A stretch of DNA of 64,000 nt from Escherichia coli (GCF_041886205.1 NZ_CP169029.1); one strand, 5' to 3'; positions 34,172 to 47,260 are shown, counted from the stretch's first letter. The notes: generated from the sequence alone by a model not told the origin. Numbers and translations are program-made.

Positions 34172-35317
34172 TCAGTTTTTAATTCCCTGACCTATTTTAA
34201 TGGCGCAGGCAATATTTCGCGCGCTGTTGAAGAGATTGGTTTCACCGCTGGCGAGCACTTCGGCTAAAGGTGCCAGACGTGGCAAAATGCTGAATACCGC
34301 ATCAATGCCGTACTGGTGCACCACTTCCACGCCATCACCCAATACGCCAGCAATCCCAATCACCGGTACATTAAACTGTTTCGCCACCGACGCCACACCC
34401 AGCGGCGCTTTACCGCCTGCCGTTTGCGAGTCGATGCGCCCTTCCCCGGTGATCACCAGTGCTGCCCCCTGCACCGCCTGCTCCAGGTTGACCGCCCGCA
34501 GTACAATCTCAATACCCGGTTTAATATCCGCATTGAGAAATACCGCCGCCGCAATACCCATACCGCCCGCAGCGCCGCCGCCCGCCATCTGGCAGACATT
34601 AATTTCAGTTTGCTGTTGTAAAACACGGGCGTAATTTTGCAGCCCCTGTTCCAGTTCTTCGACCATCTCCGGCGTTGCCCCTTTTTGCGGGCCAAACACC
34701 GCCGCCGCGCCGCGTGCCCCTACCAGCGGGTTATCAACGTCACATGCTACTTCAATATGGCAGTTCGCCAGACGCGGATCGCATTCCTCCATCTCAATGC
34801 TTGCCACGCGCGCTAAATTGCCGCCGTTAGCTGCCAGCACCTGACCGTCGGCATCAAGGAAACGCACACCGAGCGCCTGCGCCATGCCCATACCGCCGTC
34901 GACCGTCGCACTGCCGCCAATGCCGAGAATAATATGGCGAATGCCGTTATCCAGCGCATGACGAATTAACTCCCCCGTACCAAAACTGGAGGCCAGCAAC
35001 GGATTACGCTTTTCAGGCGCGACCAGCATCAGACCACTTGCTGCCGCCATCTCAATCACCGCTGTTTTCCCGTCGCCGTTAAGGCCATAAAAAGCATTCA
35101 CTTTTTCGCCCATCGGCCCGCAGACTTCAAGCGTCACGATGTTGCCGCCCGTCGCGGCGACCATCGCATCCACCGTTCCTTCGCCGCCATCCGCTATCGG
35201 CAAACAGATATAGTTCGCATCGGGAAAGAGGGCCGAAAACCCGGCTTTAATTGCCTGACAACATTTTTCTGCACTTAAGCTCTCTTTAAAAGAGTCTGGC
35301 GCAATGACAATCTTCAT
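34172..35317 (-). CDS. glxK: Glycerate 2-kinase
   Basis: ORF 34172..35323; start [16 protein letters not shown]..., 381 aa, glycerate kinase family. Confidence 0.85.
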   Translation of the reverse strand: MKIVIAPDSFKESLSAEKCCQAIKAGFSALFPDANYICLPIADGGEGTVDAMVAATGGNIVTLEVCGPMGEKVNAFYGLNGDGKTAVIEMAAASGLMLVAPEKRNPLLASSFGTGELIRHALDNGIRHIILGIGGSATVDGGMGMAQALGVRFLDADGQVLAANGGNLARVASIEMEECDPRLANCHIEVACDVDNPLVGARGAAAVFGPQKGATPEMVEELEQGLQNYARVLQQQTEINVCQMAGGGAAGGMGIAAAVFLNADIKPGIEIVLRAVNLEQAVQGAALVITGEGRIDSQTAGGKAPLGVASVAKQFNVPVIGIAGVLGDGVEVVHQYGIDAVFSILPRLAPLAEVLASGETNLFNSARNIACAIKIGQGIKN

Positions 35318-35338
35318 TATCAATCCTTTTTCAACAAA

Positions 35339-36646
35339 TTATTCGATGCGTTCCCACGGAATAAGGTTATCCATAAGAACAGCCAGTAAAATCCCGACCA
35401 ATAAGCCGTTACTGAGCAGAGGACGAAGCGTTAATGGAAGGTCTTGCAGATACACAGGCGGTAATGCCATTAAAAATATACCGACAAATAACGGCAATGC
35501 GAGTCGATAAATATTGCGAGCGGTAAAGGTTATTTGCTGGCTAAACACCAGCGCGGAAAAGAGTAAAGGCAGATAAGAAACCAGCATGACCGCACTACTC
35601 ACGGGTAAAGGGATACTGCAAAACAGTCGCGTGAGTGCCGGAACCAGCGCCACCAGCAGGCAAATAACGCTGCCATAAATAAACGAACGCCGCGTGTAAT
35701 CGCCAGTCTGGGTTAATAAACCAATGGATGAAACAAACGGTGAAAATGGAATTACCGCCAGCGGTACGGTTATCAGCGTCATAAATCCGGTCGCCACAAA
35801 GCTACGACGATAACGCGTATTCCCCGCGCCCTGCTGCGGATAAAAAACATCCGTGCCCCGAATCGCACCGTAGGTATTGCTGATATTTACCAGACCTGTA
35901 ATCACCGCCGTCAGAATAATTCCCGGCGACAAAGCACCGCCACTGCCGAGCGGGAACCACTGCCAGTGCAACTCACCGGAGAGCGAATGCGAAGAAGGAA
36001 AGCAAAAGTACCACAACAACCAGCCGGTTATCGTGCCGACCAGCAGGCCATAACGGGCAAAACGTTGCGGCAGGAAAATAATCATCGCCAGTACCAGGCA
36101 CATCACCGCCACCGAAAGCGCGAACGGTGGTAACTGAATTTTAAAATTTGGGTCGGCTATGCCAAACGGCAGCCCGAGCATACCTTTGAAAAAGATAGTG
36201 GTCAGCTGCGCGCCCAACATCAACATAAACAAGACCATCACCGACGGCGTAAATAACCGCGCCAGGCGATGGCCTAATCCGCTAAAACCAATCAACATCG
36301 TTAGCACGCCGGAGAGTGCAATCCCCACCGCCAGACTGGTAGCGATATCGTTGATCGGTGTCCCGCGCGATGCTTCGCCAAGGGTGATAGTAAGGATGGT
36401 TCCCCACCACAGGCCACCCGGCCCTTCCATAATAGCGCGACGATGACCGCAGAACGCCTGAGCGAAGCAGGCCAGTGCGGTAGCAAGAAAAGCATATTGC
36501 GTGAGCGTAAGCAGGCTACTTTGCGGCAACTGAAAAGCAGAAAGTAGCGTAGGAGGAACCACAACAGTGTTGCAAAAAATAAAGAAAAACCACTGAAATC
36601 CTGATAACAGGCTTTCGCGGCTGACTGCAAAATTGAACATAAACAC
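35339..36646 (-). CDS. ybbY: Putative purine/xanthine-uracil family permease YbbY
   Basis: 435-aa polytopic membrane ORF between allB and glxK. Confidence 0.7.
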   Translation of the reverse strand: MFMFNFAVSRESLLSGFQWFFFIFCNTVVVPPTLLSAFQLPQSSLLTLTQYAFLATALACFAQAFCGHRRAIMEGPGGLWWGTILTITLGEASRGTPINDIATSLAVGIALSGVLTMLIGFSGLGHRLARLFTPSVMVLFMLMLGAQLTTIFFKGMLGLPFGIADPNFKIQLPPFALSVAVMCLVLAMIIFLPQRFARYGLLVGTITGWLLWYFCFPSSHSLSGELHWQWFPLGSGGALSPGIILTAVITGLVNISNTYGAIRGTDVFYPQQGAGNTRYRRSFVATGFMTLITVPLAVIPFSPFVSSIGLLTQTGDYTRRSFIYGSVICLLVALVPALTRLFCSIPLPVSSAVMLVSYLPLLFSALVFSQQITFTARNIYRLALPLFVGIFLMALPPVYLQDLPLTLRPLLSNGLLVGILLAVLMDNLIPWERIE

Positions 36647-36696
36647 ACCTTAACCGGAGAATGCCCGCCGCAAGGACGGGCATTGCAGGGGCCAGA

Positions 36697-38058
36697 TTAC
36701 TGCTGATGTTTAAGGATAAATTGACCTTTCGGCGCAACAGGGAAGCCCTGTTCAATGTCGTAAATCACATCACCACGTAAGATGGTTTTCGTGATACGCG
36801 CGCCAATGGTACGGCCAACATACGGGCTGACTTTGTGGCGATATTCCAGATCGTCATTGGTAAGAACATAGCTGCTATTCGGCTGAATGAAGACGAAGTC
36901 GGCATCTTTTCCTGGGGCGATACGGCCTTTTTGCTGCAGACCGAAAATATCTGCTGCGTTAGTCGCCATTAATTTGCCGAACATTGGCAGAGACATTCCG
37001 CGTTTCTGTACCGCTTCATCGAACATCACGTCCATACAGTTTTGCAGACCGGCAATACCGCCCCATGCTTCCATGATGTTGCCGGCTTTCATTTCCGGCG
37101 GGCATGGTGAGTGGTCGGAAACCAGGCAGTCGATTTCACCGTTAAACAGTTTTTCCCACATGCCTTTCTGGTTTTCCAGATCGCGGATCGGCGGTGAACA
37201 CTTCGCCAGAGTACCGATTTCTTCGAACTGATCGGTATCCAGTACAAAGTAATGCGGGCAGGATTCACAAGTAACGTCCTGACCTTCCTGACGTGCACGA
37301 GTCACTTCTTCAACGCCTTCCGGGCTGCTGATATGGCAAACGTGCAGACGGCAACCGGCAACTTTCGCCAGATACAGCACGCGGCGAATCGCTTCCACTT
37401 CGGTAAATACCGGACGCGAAGCCACATAGTCATGGGCAGTTACGCGACCTTCACGTTTCGCTTCTTCGCCCAGTGCGTCACAGATCAGCGCGTTTTCGCA
37501 GTGCACCAGCACCGGCTGCCCCAGTTCGCCCAGCTTCTGCGCACCTTTGAAGAACTGCCAGTCGTTTACATCACGGAAGTCGTTGTCGATACCGCGATCG
37601 CCACAGGTCGCAACGAAGCATTTGAAGCCGACAACGCCCACTTCATCCAGCTCATGCAGACGGTCGATGTTGTAAGACACCAGGCCACCGAGTTGTGCCG
37701 CATCGATAGTCAGCTTGCCTTTAGCGGCATCGAACTTCAGTTCAATTGAAGCGCGGTCAACCGTTGCAGGCAGCTGGTTGAGCGGCATTTCGATCATGGT
37801 GGTGATACCACCTTTTGCCGCTGCGCGAGTACCGTTTTCATAACCTTCCCAGTGGCTACGACCCGGTTCAGAAATATGGGTGTGCGCATCAACCATGCCC
37901 GGCGAAACCACCAGACCAGACGCATCCATAACTTCTTTTGCATCGCCCAGATCCTGACCGATAGCAGCAATTTTGCCGCCTTTAACGGCGATATCTACAA
38001 CGCGAGCTTCGTTTTCTAAAATAACGGTGCCGTTTTTAATGATTAAATCAAAAGACAT
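36697..38058 (-). CDS. allB: Allantoinase
   Basis: ORF 36697..38106; internal start at 38058 gives [25 protein letters not shown], 453 aa, amidohydrolase with HxH metal motif. Confidence 0.9.
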   Translation of the reverse strand: MSFDLIIKNGTVILENEARVVDIAVKGGKIAAIGQDLGDAKEVMDASGLVVSPGMVDAHTHISEPGRSHWEGYENGTRAAAKGGITTMIEMPLNQLPATVDRASIELKFDAAKGKLTIDAAQLGGLVSYNIDRLHELDEVGVVGFKCFVATCGDRGIDNDFRDVNDWQFFKGAQKLGELGQPVLVHCENALICDALGEEAKREGRVTAHDYVASRPVFTEVEAIRRVLYLAKVAGCRLHVCHISSPEGVEEVTRARQEGQDVTCESCPHYFVLDTDQFEEIGTLAKCSPPIRDLENQKGMWEKLFNGEIDCLVSDHSPCPPEMKAGNIMEAWGGIAGLQNCMDVMFDEAVQKRGMSLPMFGKLMATNAADIFGLQQKGRIAPGKDADFVFIQPNSSYVLTNDDLEYRHKVSPYVGRTIGARITKTILRGDVIYDIEQGFPVAPKGQFILKHQQ

Positions 38059-38118
38059 AACAAACTCCTTGTAAAATACAGATTGGTTTTTTAACTCAAT
38101 GTTCAATATCGGGATTAA

Positions 38119-39573
38119 TTAACCTGTGACTTTTTGTTCTCCTGTTTTTTCTGCTGCTGTACGTTTTTTTAATAACGCGTAGGCAGCGAATGCGACAATA
38201 ACGCCGACAAACCATGAAACGCGAGATAAAGGCTCCATGAACGGAATAAATTTACCACCGAGAGATAAAATAACGGCGACCAAAGTTACTGAGAACGCGG
38301 TAAGATTAAAGCCGTTATCGTAATATTTGAAATCACCTGCTGCGGTATACAGTTCATCAAGATTAATTTGTCCGCGCATTACCACAAAATAATGCGCCAT
38401 CATGACACCAATTACCGGACCAAGCATTCCGCCGATAATATCGAGGAACAGATAAATACTGTCCTGATTTTCCATTAATTTCCACGGGCAGATCAGCAGG
38501 CTGATAATACTGGCAATCAGTACGCCGTTTTTATAGGTCAGTTTTGTCGGTGCAATGGCGGCAATCTGATAACCGGCCGGAATAATATTACCGGTGGCGT
38601 TAGTGGAAATGGTCGTCATCAGAATAACCAGTACCGCAAAGAACGAGGCAAACAGGCTGTCCCAACGCTGAACAATATCCAGCACGTTCCAGGTATCAGC
38701 GCCGTAGTGAATACTGGCTCCGGCAATAATACATACCCCAGCGACCGCAAACAGAATATAGGCCACAACTAAACCCAGCGTTTGCCCCAGCGCTTGCTCA
38801 CGAAACGAGTGGGCGTTTTGCGTAAAGTCGGATGCGCTCACCGCCGGTGCCGCCCAGACCGCAACTACCGCGTTAATCACTACCAGGAACAAGAATCCAC
38901 TGTTTTCTGCTTTCTGAATACCGCTCGGAATGTAGTCAAAGATTGGACCGAGCCCGACCAGCGAAATCGCCCAAATCGCCATACCGCCGAAAACGATATA
39001 GATGCACGGGTTAAGAATGGCAGTGAATTTATTTAAAACTTTGCCACCGCCAAAACCTATACCAACGTTGACCAGCCAGAAGAGTAAGAAAGTAATTAAG
39101 CCCGGTAGAGAAAGGCCTAACAGAGTGAAATCACCACCGAGAGTCAAAAATCCCGGCCAGATTTTGCCAATCAGAATCAAGCAGGCCAGTGACCCCGCGT
39201 AACATTGCAGGCCAAACCACATAATGGCAGCAATACCGCCTCTTAATAATCCGGGAAACAGTGCGCCACGTACGCCATAAGAAGCACGCAGGATCATGGC
39301 AAACGGTACGCCGTATTTACTGCCCGCAGCGCCGTTTAATACCATTACCGCGGCAATGAAAAAGGCGCTGAGGATAATTGCCAGCATAATACTAAAGGTA
39401 GACAAGCCGAGAATAAAAAAGCCGCCGACCATCACATAATTGGGAACGTTATGAACCGAACCCATCCATAAGGTAAAATAGTTAAATGTTTTCCAGGTCC
39501 GCTGGCTTTGCGTTTTCGGCAATAGATCTTCGCTATAGCCGCGTTGCTGGAATAGTTTTCTCTGATGTTCCAT
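38119..39573 (-). CDS. ybbW: Putative allantoin permease (NCS1 family)
   Basis: 484-aa 12-TM ORF upstream of allB on the same strand. Confidence 0.8.
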   Translation of the reverse strand: MEHQRKLFQQRGYSEDLLPKTQSQRTWKTFNYFTLWMGSVHNVPNYVMVGGFFILGLSTFSIMLAIILSAFFIAAVMVLNGAAGSKYGVPFAMILRASYGVRGALFPGLLRGGIAAIMWFGLQCYAGSLACLILIGKIWPGFLTLGGDFTLLGLSLPGLITFLLFWLVNVGIGFGGGKVLNKFTAILNPCIYIVFGGMAIWAISLVGLGPIFDYIPSGIQKAENSGFLFLVVINAVVAVWAAPAVSASDFTQNAHSFREQALGQTLGLVVAYILFAVAGVCIIAGASIHYGADTWNVLDIVQRWDSLFASFFAVLVILMTTISTNATGNIIPAGYQIAAIAPTKLTYKNGVLIASIISLLICPWKLMENQDSIYLFLDIIGGMLGPVIGVMMAHYFVVMRGQINLDELYTAAGDFKYYDNGFNLTAFSVTLVAVILSLGGKFIPFMEPLSRVSWFVGVIVAFAAYALLKKRTAAEKTGEQKVTG

Positions 39574-39741
39574 AAATCCCTCTTAATTTCACGTATCGAA
39601 TAACGTTGTTTTAATCTAGCTATGAGGAACAAATAAAATAAAAATATTATTTTTAATACTGAAGCAACATCTTTGGCTGCTTTCTTTTTTAATATTGCTG
39701 GCCGATTCATTTTCTGATATCAGCCATTTTTATTGCGGGTA

Positions 39742-40620
39742 TCAGGCCAGTTTATGGTTAGCCATTAATTCCAGCGCCTGCACTAACGCAGAGTGATCCA
39801 ACTGGCTGCCACCGTTTGCCGCACAGGTATTAAATAACTCCTGGCAGGTCGCGGTGTTTGGCAGGTTCAGCGCCAGTGCCTTCGCACTTTGCAGTGCCAG
39901 GTTGAGATCTTTCTGGTGCAGAGCGATTTTGAAGCCCGGATTAAAGGTGCGTTTAATCATACGCTCGCCATGAACTTCCAGAATACGTGAGGAAGCAAAG
40001 CCGCCCATCAGCGCCTGGCGCACACGTACCGGGTCCGCACCGGCTTTTGAAGCAAATAGCAGGGCTTCAGAAACCGCTTCAATATTGAGCGCCACGATAA
40101 TCTGATTTGCCACTTTGCAGGTTTGACCATCGCCGTTACCGCCCACGAGGGTGATATTTTTACCGAGCAGTTCAAACAGCGGTTTAACACGTTCAAATAC
40201 CGCTTCATCACCGCCAACCATAATCGACAACGTCCCTTCACGCGCACCGATTTCACCGCCGGAGACTGGCGCATCGAGATAATCGCCGCCCAGTTCATTC
40301 ACCTGACGAGCGAAACGCTTAGTTTCAATCGGGGAAATGGAGCTCATATCAACAATGGTTTTGCCCTTCAGCGAGGCTTTGGTACAACCATTTTCACCGA
40401 ACAGAACTTCTTCAACCTGAGGTGTGTCCGGCACCATAATAAAAATGATGTCCGATGCTTCCGTTACCTGGCGAGCAGTTTCAACACTGACGGCACCCAG
40501 TGACAGTAATTCATCAGCAACCGGTCCAATGGTCGTGACATGTAATTGATGACCGGCACGCGCCAGATTAATGGCCATCGGTGTACCCATAATGCCTAAG
40601 CCAATAAATCCCAGTTTCAT
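39742..40620 (-). CDS. glxR: Tartronate semialdehyde reductase (2-hydroxy-3-oxopropionate reductase)
   Basis: 292-aa ORF with N-terminal Rossmann GxGxxG (MKLGFIGLGIMGTPMA). Confidence 0.9.
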   Translation of the reverse strand: MKLGFIGLGIMGTPMAINLARAGHQLHVTTIGPVADELLSLGAVSVETARQVTEASDIIFIMVPDTPQVEEVLFGENGCTKASLKGKTIVDMSSISPIETKRFARQVNELGGDYLDAPVSGGEIGAREGTLSIMVGGDEAVFERVKPLFELLGKNITLVGGNGDGQTCKVANQIIVALNIEAVSEALLFASKAGADPVRVRQALMGGFASSRILEVHGERMIKRTFNPGFKIALHQKDLNLALQSAKALALNLPNTATCQELFNTCAANGGSQLDHSALVQALELMANHKLA

Positions 40621-40719
40621 AATTAACCTCTTTTAAATTTCGCTTTTCCTGAATTCAGACAACACGATCCCCTGCCAACTTAGCGGCCTAAAAAAGCATT
40701 GTCTGAATAGCGTTACGTT

Positions 40720-41496
40720 TTAACGGTACGGATCCATCCAGCGTAAACCGGCTTCCGTGGTGGTTTGGGGTTTATATTCACACCCAACCCAACCGTTGTA
40801 GTCAGAATTTTCGATTACCTTAAAGAGATAATCATAATTAATTTCTCCGGTTCCCGGTTCGCCGCGATGCGGATTATCGGCAATTTGCAGGTGACCAATT
40901 TTATCAGCCCACTGAGTCATGGTGTTGGTTAATTCACCTTCCATCCGCTGCATGTGATAAATGTCATACTGAATTTTCAAATTGCAGCAACCAACATCAT
41001 CAATCAATTTCAGCGCCTGCCGAGTTCCGGTGAGATGGAAACCAGGAATATCAAAATGGTTAATAGGTTCAATCAGTAATAAAATATCTTCTTTCATCAG
41101 CATATTCGCGGCATAACGCAGGTTTTCTACAAGCGTTGCGTGAATCTGTTCACTGCTGAAACCAGCCGGCGTTTTACCGACCAGACAGTTAATTTTTTTA
41201 TTACCCAGCGCACGGGCATAACGAATCGCTGCTGCTACGCCATCCCGAAACTCTTCTTCACGGCCAGGAATACAGGCAATACCGCGCTCCCCCGCCGCCC
41301 AGTCACCCGCCGGTAAATTGTGCAGCGTATGTTCGAGTTTATTACTCGCCAGCACCTGTTTTAATTCTTCAATGTCGTAGTCATAAGGAAACATAAATTC
41401 AACGCCGCGAAAACCACACTGCGCAGCTTTCTCAAAACGGGCGAGAAAATCATATTCTCCAAATAACATCGATAAATTAGCAGAGAAACGTAACAT
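40720..41496 (-). CDS. hyi: Hydroxypyruvate isomerase
   Basis: 258-aa TIM-barrel xylose-isomerase-like ORF between gcl and glxR. Confidence 0.9.
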   Translation of the reverse strand: MLRFSANLSMLFGEYDFLARFEKAAQCGFRGVEFMFPYDYDIEELKQVLASNKLEHTLHNLPAGDWAAGERGIACIPGREEEFRDGVAAAIRYARALGNKKINCLVGKTPAGFSSEQIHATLVENLRYAANMLMKEDILLLIEPINHFDIPGFHLTGTRQALKLIDDVGCCNLKIQYDIYHMQRMEGELTNTMTQWADKIGHLQIADNPHRGEPGTGEINYDYLFKVIENSDYNGWVGCEYKPQTTTEAGLRWMDPYR

Positions 41497-41508
41497 TATT
41501 TATCTCCC

Positions 41509-43290
41509 TTATTCATAGTGCATGAAGCAGGTTTCAGTCGGTGCATCCGCTGCGTTATCGGCGATATCTTCAAATTCCATGACGTTATCCAGTTCGCTGC
41601 CCATCGAAATATTGGTCACACGCTCGAGAATAACTTCCACGACTACCGGTACCCGATATTGCGCCATTAAGGCTTTCGCCTGTTCAAAGGCTGGCGCAAT
41701 ATCTTCCGGTTTGAAGACGCGAATCGCTTTACAACCTAAACCTTCCGCTACTTTTACGTGGTCGACGCCGTAACCGTTCACTTCGCTGGAGTTGATATTC
41801 TCGAAAGCGAGTTGCACGCAGTAGTCCATATCAAACGCGCGCTGCGACTGGCGAATCAGCCCCAGATAAGCGTTGTTGACCAGCACATGGATGTACGGAA
41901 TGTTGAACTGCGCGCCAACAGCTAACTCTTCAATCAGGAACTGGAAGTCAAAGTCGCCAGAAATCGCCACCACATTGCGTTTCGGATCAGCGGCACAAAC
42001 CCCCAGCGCAGCCGGAATCGTCCAGCCTAACGGACCAGCCTGACCACAGTTGATCCAGTGGCGGTCTTTAAAGACATGCAGCATTTGTGCCGCAGCGATT
42101 TGTGACAGACCAATGGTGGTGACATAACAAACATCGCGACCAAAGGCTTTGTTCATCTCTTCATACACACGCTGCGGTTTCACCGGCACGTTGTCGAAGT
42201 GGGTTTTGCGCAGCAAAGTGCGTTTACGCTGCTGGCAGTCGGCGACCCATTCTTTACGACACGGCAGACGACCCGCTTTTTGCATCTCCTGCGCCACTTC
42301 AACCAGCAGTGTCAGCGCCGCTTTAGCATCAGAGACAATGCCGAGATCCGGACACAGCACGCGACCAATTTGCGTCGGCTCAATATCGATATGAACGATT
42401 TTGCGCCCTTCGGTGTATTTCTCTACCGAACCGGTATGACGGTTAGCAAAACGGTTACCGATACCAAACACCATGTCGGACGCCAGCAACGTTGCGTTAC
42501 CGTAACGATGCGCGGTTTGCAGACCGACCATCCCGGCCATCAGTTCATGATCGTCCGGGATACAGCCCCAGCCCATTAGCGTTGGGATCACCGGAACGCT
42601 GGTCAGTTCAGCAAACTGTTGTAACAGTGCAGCTGCGTCAGCATTAATTACCCCGCCCCCGGCAACAATCACCGGACGTTCGGCCTGGATTAACATTTCT
42701 ACAGCTTTTTCGATCTGCATACGGCTGGCAGCAGGTTTGTAGACCGGCAGCGGTTCGTACATGTCAGGATCAAACTCGATTTCCGCAACCTGAACGTCGA
42801 ACGGTAAATCCACCAGTACCGGACCCGGACGACCAGAACGCATCAGGTGAAATGCCTGTTGCAGCACGCGAGGCACCAGCGCCGCTTCACGAACTGTAAC
42901 CGCCATTTTGCTGACCGGTTTAGCAATTGCTTCAATATCTACGGCCTGAAAATCTTCTTTATGCAGACGGGCGCGCGGTGCCTGGCCGGTAATGCACAGA
43001 ATAGGAATGGAATCAGCAGAAGCGGAATAGAGCGCGGTGATCATGTCCGTGCCCGCAGGACCGGAAGTCCCCAGACATACGCCGATATTTCCTGCCGTTG
43101 CGCGGGTATAACCTTCCGCCATGTGCGAAGCACCTTCCACATGACGCGCCAGAATGTGACGAATACCGCCGTGCTTACGCATCGCTGAGTAGAACGGATT
43201 GATTGCAGCTCCCGGAACACCGAAGGCGGTGGTGATACCTTCTTTCTCCAGCACATACATTGCCGCGTCAACGGCTCTCATTTTTGCCAT
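41509..43290 (-). CDS. gcl: Glyoxylate carboligase (tartronate-semialdehyde synthase)
   Basis: ORF 41509..43380; internal start at 43290 gives [34 protein letters not shown], 593 aa, ThDP enzyme. Confidence 0.9.
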
Positions 43291-43310
43291 TTTATTCCTA
43301 CCTCTATTTA

Positions 43311-43327
43311 TTGGAAAATTTTTCCAA
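43311..43327. promoter_or_regulatory. Candidate AllR operator in the gcl promoter
   Basis: Perfect palindrome TTGGAAAATTTTTCCAA about 20 bp upstream of the gcl start on the minus strand. Confidence 0.55.
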
Positions 43328-43342
43328 CTTTCAAATTTTGTC

Positions 43343-43367
43343 AAAAAAACCCGCTCCGCAGAGCGGG
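43343..43367 (-). terminator. Intrinsic terminator after allR
   Basis: On the minus strand: CCCGCTC-TGCGG-AGCGGG hairpin followed by a U7 run, immediately downstream of the allR stop. Confidence 0.5.
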
Positions 43368-43379
43368 ATGCGACAGACA

Positions 43380-44195
43380 TTATGGATGTGCTTTCAGTCC
43401 CAACGCCGTGCTGATATCGCGGGCGGTGTCTCTTACCAGCTCACCCTGACTGACAAAACGATCTTCTGTCAGTCTTGATGAAGGCCCGGAGATGGAGATA
43501 GCGGCAACAACACTACCGACATCATCGTAAATTGCTGAAGCTATGCAATTCAGACCTACAACATGCTCTTCTTTATCTACGGTATAGCCCAGTTCACGCG
43601 CTTGTTCCAGGTCCTTCAGCAAGGTGGGCATATCCACAAGCGTAGTTGGCGTAAACTGCTGCAAACCGGTTTGCAGAATGATGCTCATCAACTCCTCTTC
43701 CGCCAGCGGATAAAGCAGCGCTTTGCCCGCACCGGAAGCATGCAGTGGCAGACGACTGCCCAGTGGCGCACACATCCTGACCATCGATTTACACTCTAAC
43801 TGACCAATTAATACCGCTTCATTGCCGTTACGGATCGCGACATTGACCGTTTCGCCGGAAAGTAACATCAGGCGGCGCATAAACGGCCCGGCGACGGAGA
43901 GGACATCGCGGTTATGGATGTACGCCGCACCGACGTTAAAGACACCTAATCCTATATGCCACCAGCCTAATTGACTGTCCTGATAGACAAAATCCGCTGC
44001 CTGTAAAACCTTCAGCAAGCGAAAGGTCGTGGAGAGCGGCAAATCCAGATTGAGAGAAATATCGCTAACCGACGAACTTCCCCCACTTTTTTCCAAATAT
44101 TGCAGAATCGCAATTCCCCGCTCTAACGCCTGTGCGCCCTTCTGTACCACAGGCTCCGCCTGTCCTGGCCTGCCGCGCCGTCTAACTTCCGTCAT
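43380..44195 (-). CDS. allR: IclR-family repressor of the allantoin regulon, AllR
   Basis: 271-aa ORF with N-terminal HTH and IclR effector domain. Confidence 0.9.
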
Positions 44196-44272
44196 ACCTA
44201 CGTTAACTCCGACCTACAAGTGAGCATAAACAATGAACAATTAGTTTATCTTATGCAAGTCGGTTGCAGGCG

Positions 44273-44755
44273 TCACGCAAAACAGAGTTCCTGTTCAGGA
44301 ATACTTTCAACATCACAGTTGTCACTGCCGCCGCGATCGATGGTCAGAAAATCGGTGACGCGCTGCCAGGCGAAAAGTGGGTGATGCCAGACGTTACGAT
44401 GGTAATTCACTCCCTGTTCGCCGTTGGTGATAAACGCCCGCAGCGTTGACAGGTCTGGTTTGTCGTCACCTAACGCCACGACCACCACAAACACCTCACC
44501 TTTCATCGGGATAAAGGCCTGAGTACCCAGCGGATGACGTTCGAGTTCGTGAATGGTCAGCGGCAGATTCGCCGGTTGCGCGCGGTTAATGCTGATAAGC
44601 GTACGGTCTTGCTCAAGAATCTCAACCAGCGCCAAATCGTGGTAACGCTCCACCAGGCCATTGTTAATATGGAAAAAATCCCGTTGCTGCGTTTCGATTA
44701 CGTCGCCATAAGCACTAAAGGCTTCCTGACTTAACGGTAATACCTGAAGTTTCAT
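44273..44755 (-). CDS. allA: Ureidoglycolate lyase
   Basis: 160-aa [24 protein letters not shown]..., divergent from allS. Confidence 0.85.
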
Positions 44756-44860
44756 CTTTTTGTCCTTGTAACATAATTCCGTTCAACCACCGCCGACCGG
44801 TCAGCTTGGTTTCAATAACAGGCAATCTAAAACCTTAAGAGAACAACATCAATACAAAAG

Positions 44861-44877
44861 TTGGAATATTTTTCCAA
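44861..44877. promoter_or_regulatory. Candidate AllR operator in the allA/allS divergent region
   Basis: Near-perfect palindrome TTGGAATATTTTTCCAA, matching the gcl-promoter box apart from the spacer. Confidence 0.55.
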
Positions 44878-44984
44878 AACTAGATTTAGTCCACAAATTG
44901 AACAGGGTTATCATGTAAAAATACTGATAAATCAGAGGATAAGAAAATCACGCAACTTGCGGATTTAAAAGGGGATACCTGAAG

Positions 44985-45911
44985 ATGTTCGATCCAGAAA
45001 CCTTGCGGACTTTCATTGCGGTTGCTGAAACAGGAAGTTTTTCAAAAGCGGCAGAACGATTATGTAAAACCACGGCGACGATCAGTTATCGCATTAAACT
45101 TCTGGAAGAGAATACCGGAGTAGCGCTGTTTTTCCGTACGACTCGCAGCGTGACGTTGACAGCGGCTGGCGAGCATCTACTTTCCCAGGCCAGAGACTGG
45201 CTGAGCTGGCTGGAAAGTATGCCAAGCGAGCTGCAACAGGTGAATGATGGCGTGGAACGCCAGGTGAATATTGTCATCAACAACCTGCTCTACAACCCCC
45301 AGGCCGTCGCCCAGTTGCTGGCGTGGCTGAATGAGCGTTACCCCTTTACCCAGTTTCACATCTCCCGACAAATCTATATGGGCGTCTGGGACTCGCTATT
45401 GTACGAAGGTTTTTCGCTGGCTATCGGCGTCACGGGAACTGAGGCGCTGGCAAATACCTTTAGTCTTGATCCCTTAGGATCGGTGCAATGGCGCTTTGTC
45501 ATGGCGGCGGATCATCCGCTGGCGAACGTTGAAGAGCCGCTAACAGAAGCGCAGTTGCGGCGCTTTCCGGCGGTCAATATTGAAGACAGCGCCCGCACCT
45601 TAACCAAACGCGTCGCCTGGCGATTGCCAGGGCAAAAAGAGATTATTGTTCCCGATATGGAAACGAAAATCGCCGCCCATCTGGCGGGCGTTGGCATTGG
45701 TTTTTTGCCAAAATCGCTTTGCCAGTCAATGATCGATAATCAACAACTGGTCAGCCGGGTAATCCCAACGATGCGCCCTCCTTCGCCATTGAGTCTGGCA
45801 TGGCGCAAATTTGGCAGCGGCAAAGCGGTAGAAGATATTGTGACCTTGTTTACCCAGCGCAGGCCGGAAATCAGCGGATTTTTAGAAATTTTCGGCAACC
45901 CACGCAGTTAA
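44985..45911 (+). CDS. allS: LysR-family activator AllS
   Basis: 308-aa ORF with LysR HTH and substrate-binding domain; divergent from allA. Confidence 0.85.
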
Positions 45912-45964
45912 AAATCAAGTTTCCTTGCGCGTTGGCGCGTAAAATAGCGCGCAAGCTGATTTGA

Positions 45965-47074
<1,110 letters not shown>

Positions 47075-47137
47075 TGGGCGGTATTCTGAAACGGCGATTG
47101 TCGTGAGAACAGAATGGTTGCACCAGAATACAGATAT

Positions 47138-47167
47138 AAAAAAACCGACATGACAGTCGGTTTTTTT
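47138..47167. terminator. Bidirectional intrinsic terminator (selU on plus, candidate sRNA on minus)
   Basis: A7-CCGAC-ATGACA-GTCGG-T7: hairpin flanked by an A-run and a T-run, so it works on either strand. Confidence 0.6.
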
Positions 47168-47225
47168 ATTTTTTCCGCCCAAGACTTGGTGGTTCCGGGC
47201 AGAAATGAAACAGTCCTCATCTAGC
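47140..47225 (-). ncRNA. Candidate antisense antitoxin sRNA (about 86 nt) of a type I toxin-antitoxin pair
   Basis: Transcript inferred from the promoter at 47232..47260 to the terminator at 47138..47167. Its 5' end (reverse complement of 47207..47225) is complementary to 47393..47411 upstream of the toxin ORF, about 19 bp including 2 G-U pairs. Confidence 0.5.
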
Positions 47226-47231
47226 AAGTGA

Positions 47232-47260
47232 ATTATAAGTCAGGATGCCTCCATATTCAA
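47232..47260 (-). promoter_or_regulatory. Near-consensus sigma70 promoter driving the candidate sRNA
   Basis: On the minus strand: TTGAAT, 17-nt spacer, TATAAT (perfect -10), oriented away from the toxin ORF. Confidence 0.6.

Noticed and set aside
39432-39710. 92-aa ORF in the ybbW-glxR intergenic region.
   Set aside because: AT-rich intergenic sequence with no ribosome-binding site; the translation is low complexity (Lys/Ile/Phe-rich), consistent with a chance frame in promoter DNA.
41509-43380. Longer N-terminal extensions given by the ORF track for gcl, allB, ylbF, sfmF, sfmA, fimZ, purE, cusS, tesA, cnoX, fetB, ybaQ and others.
   Set aside because: The extensions run into upstream genes or regulatory sites and lack Shine-Dalgarno support, while internal starts give the expected N-termini and signal peptides, so the shorter forms were called.
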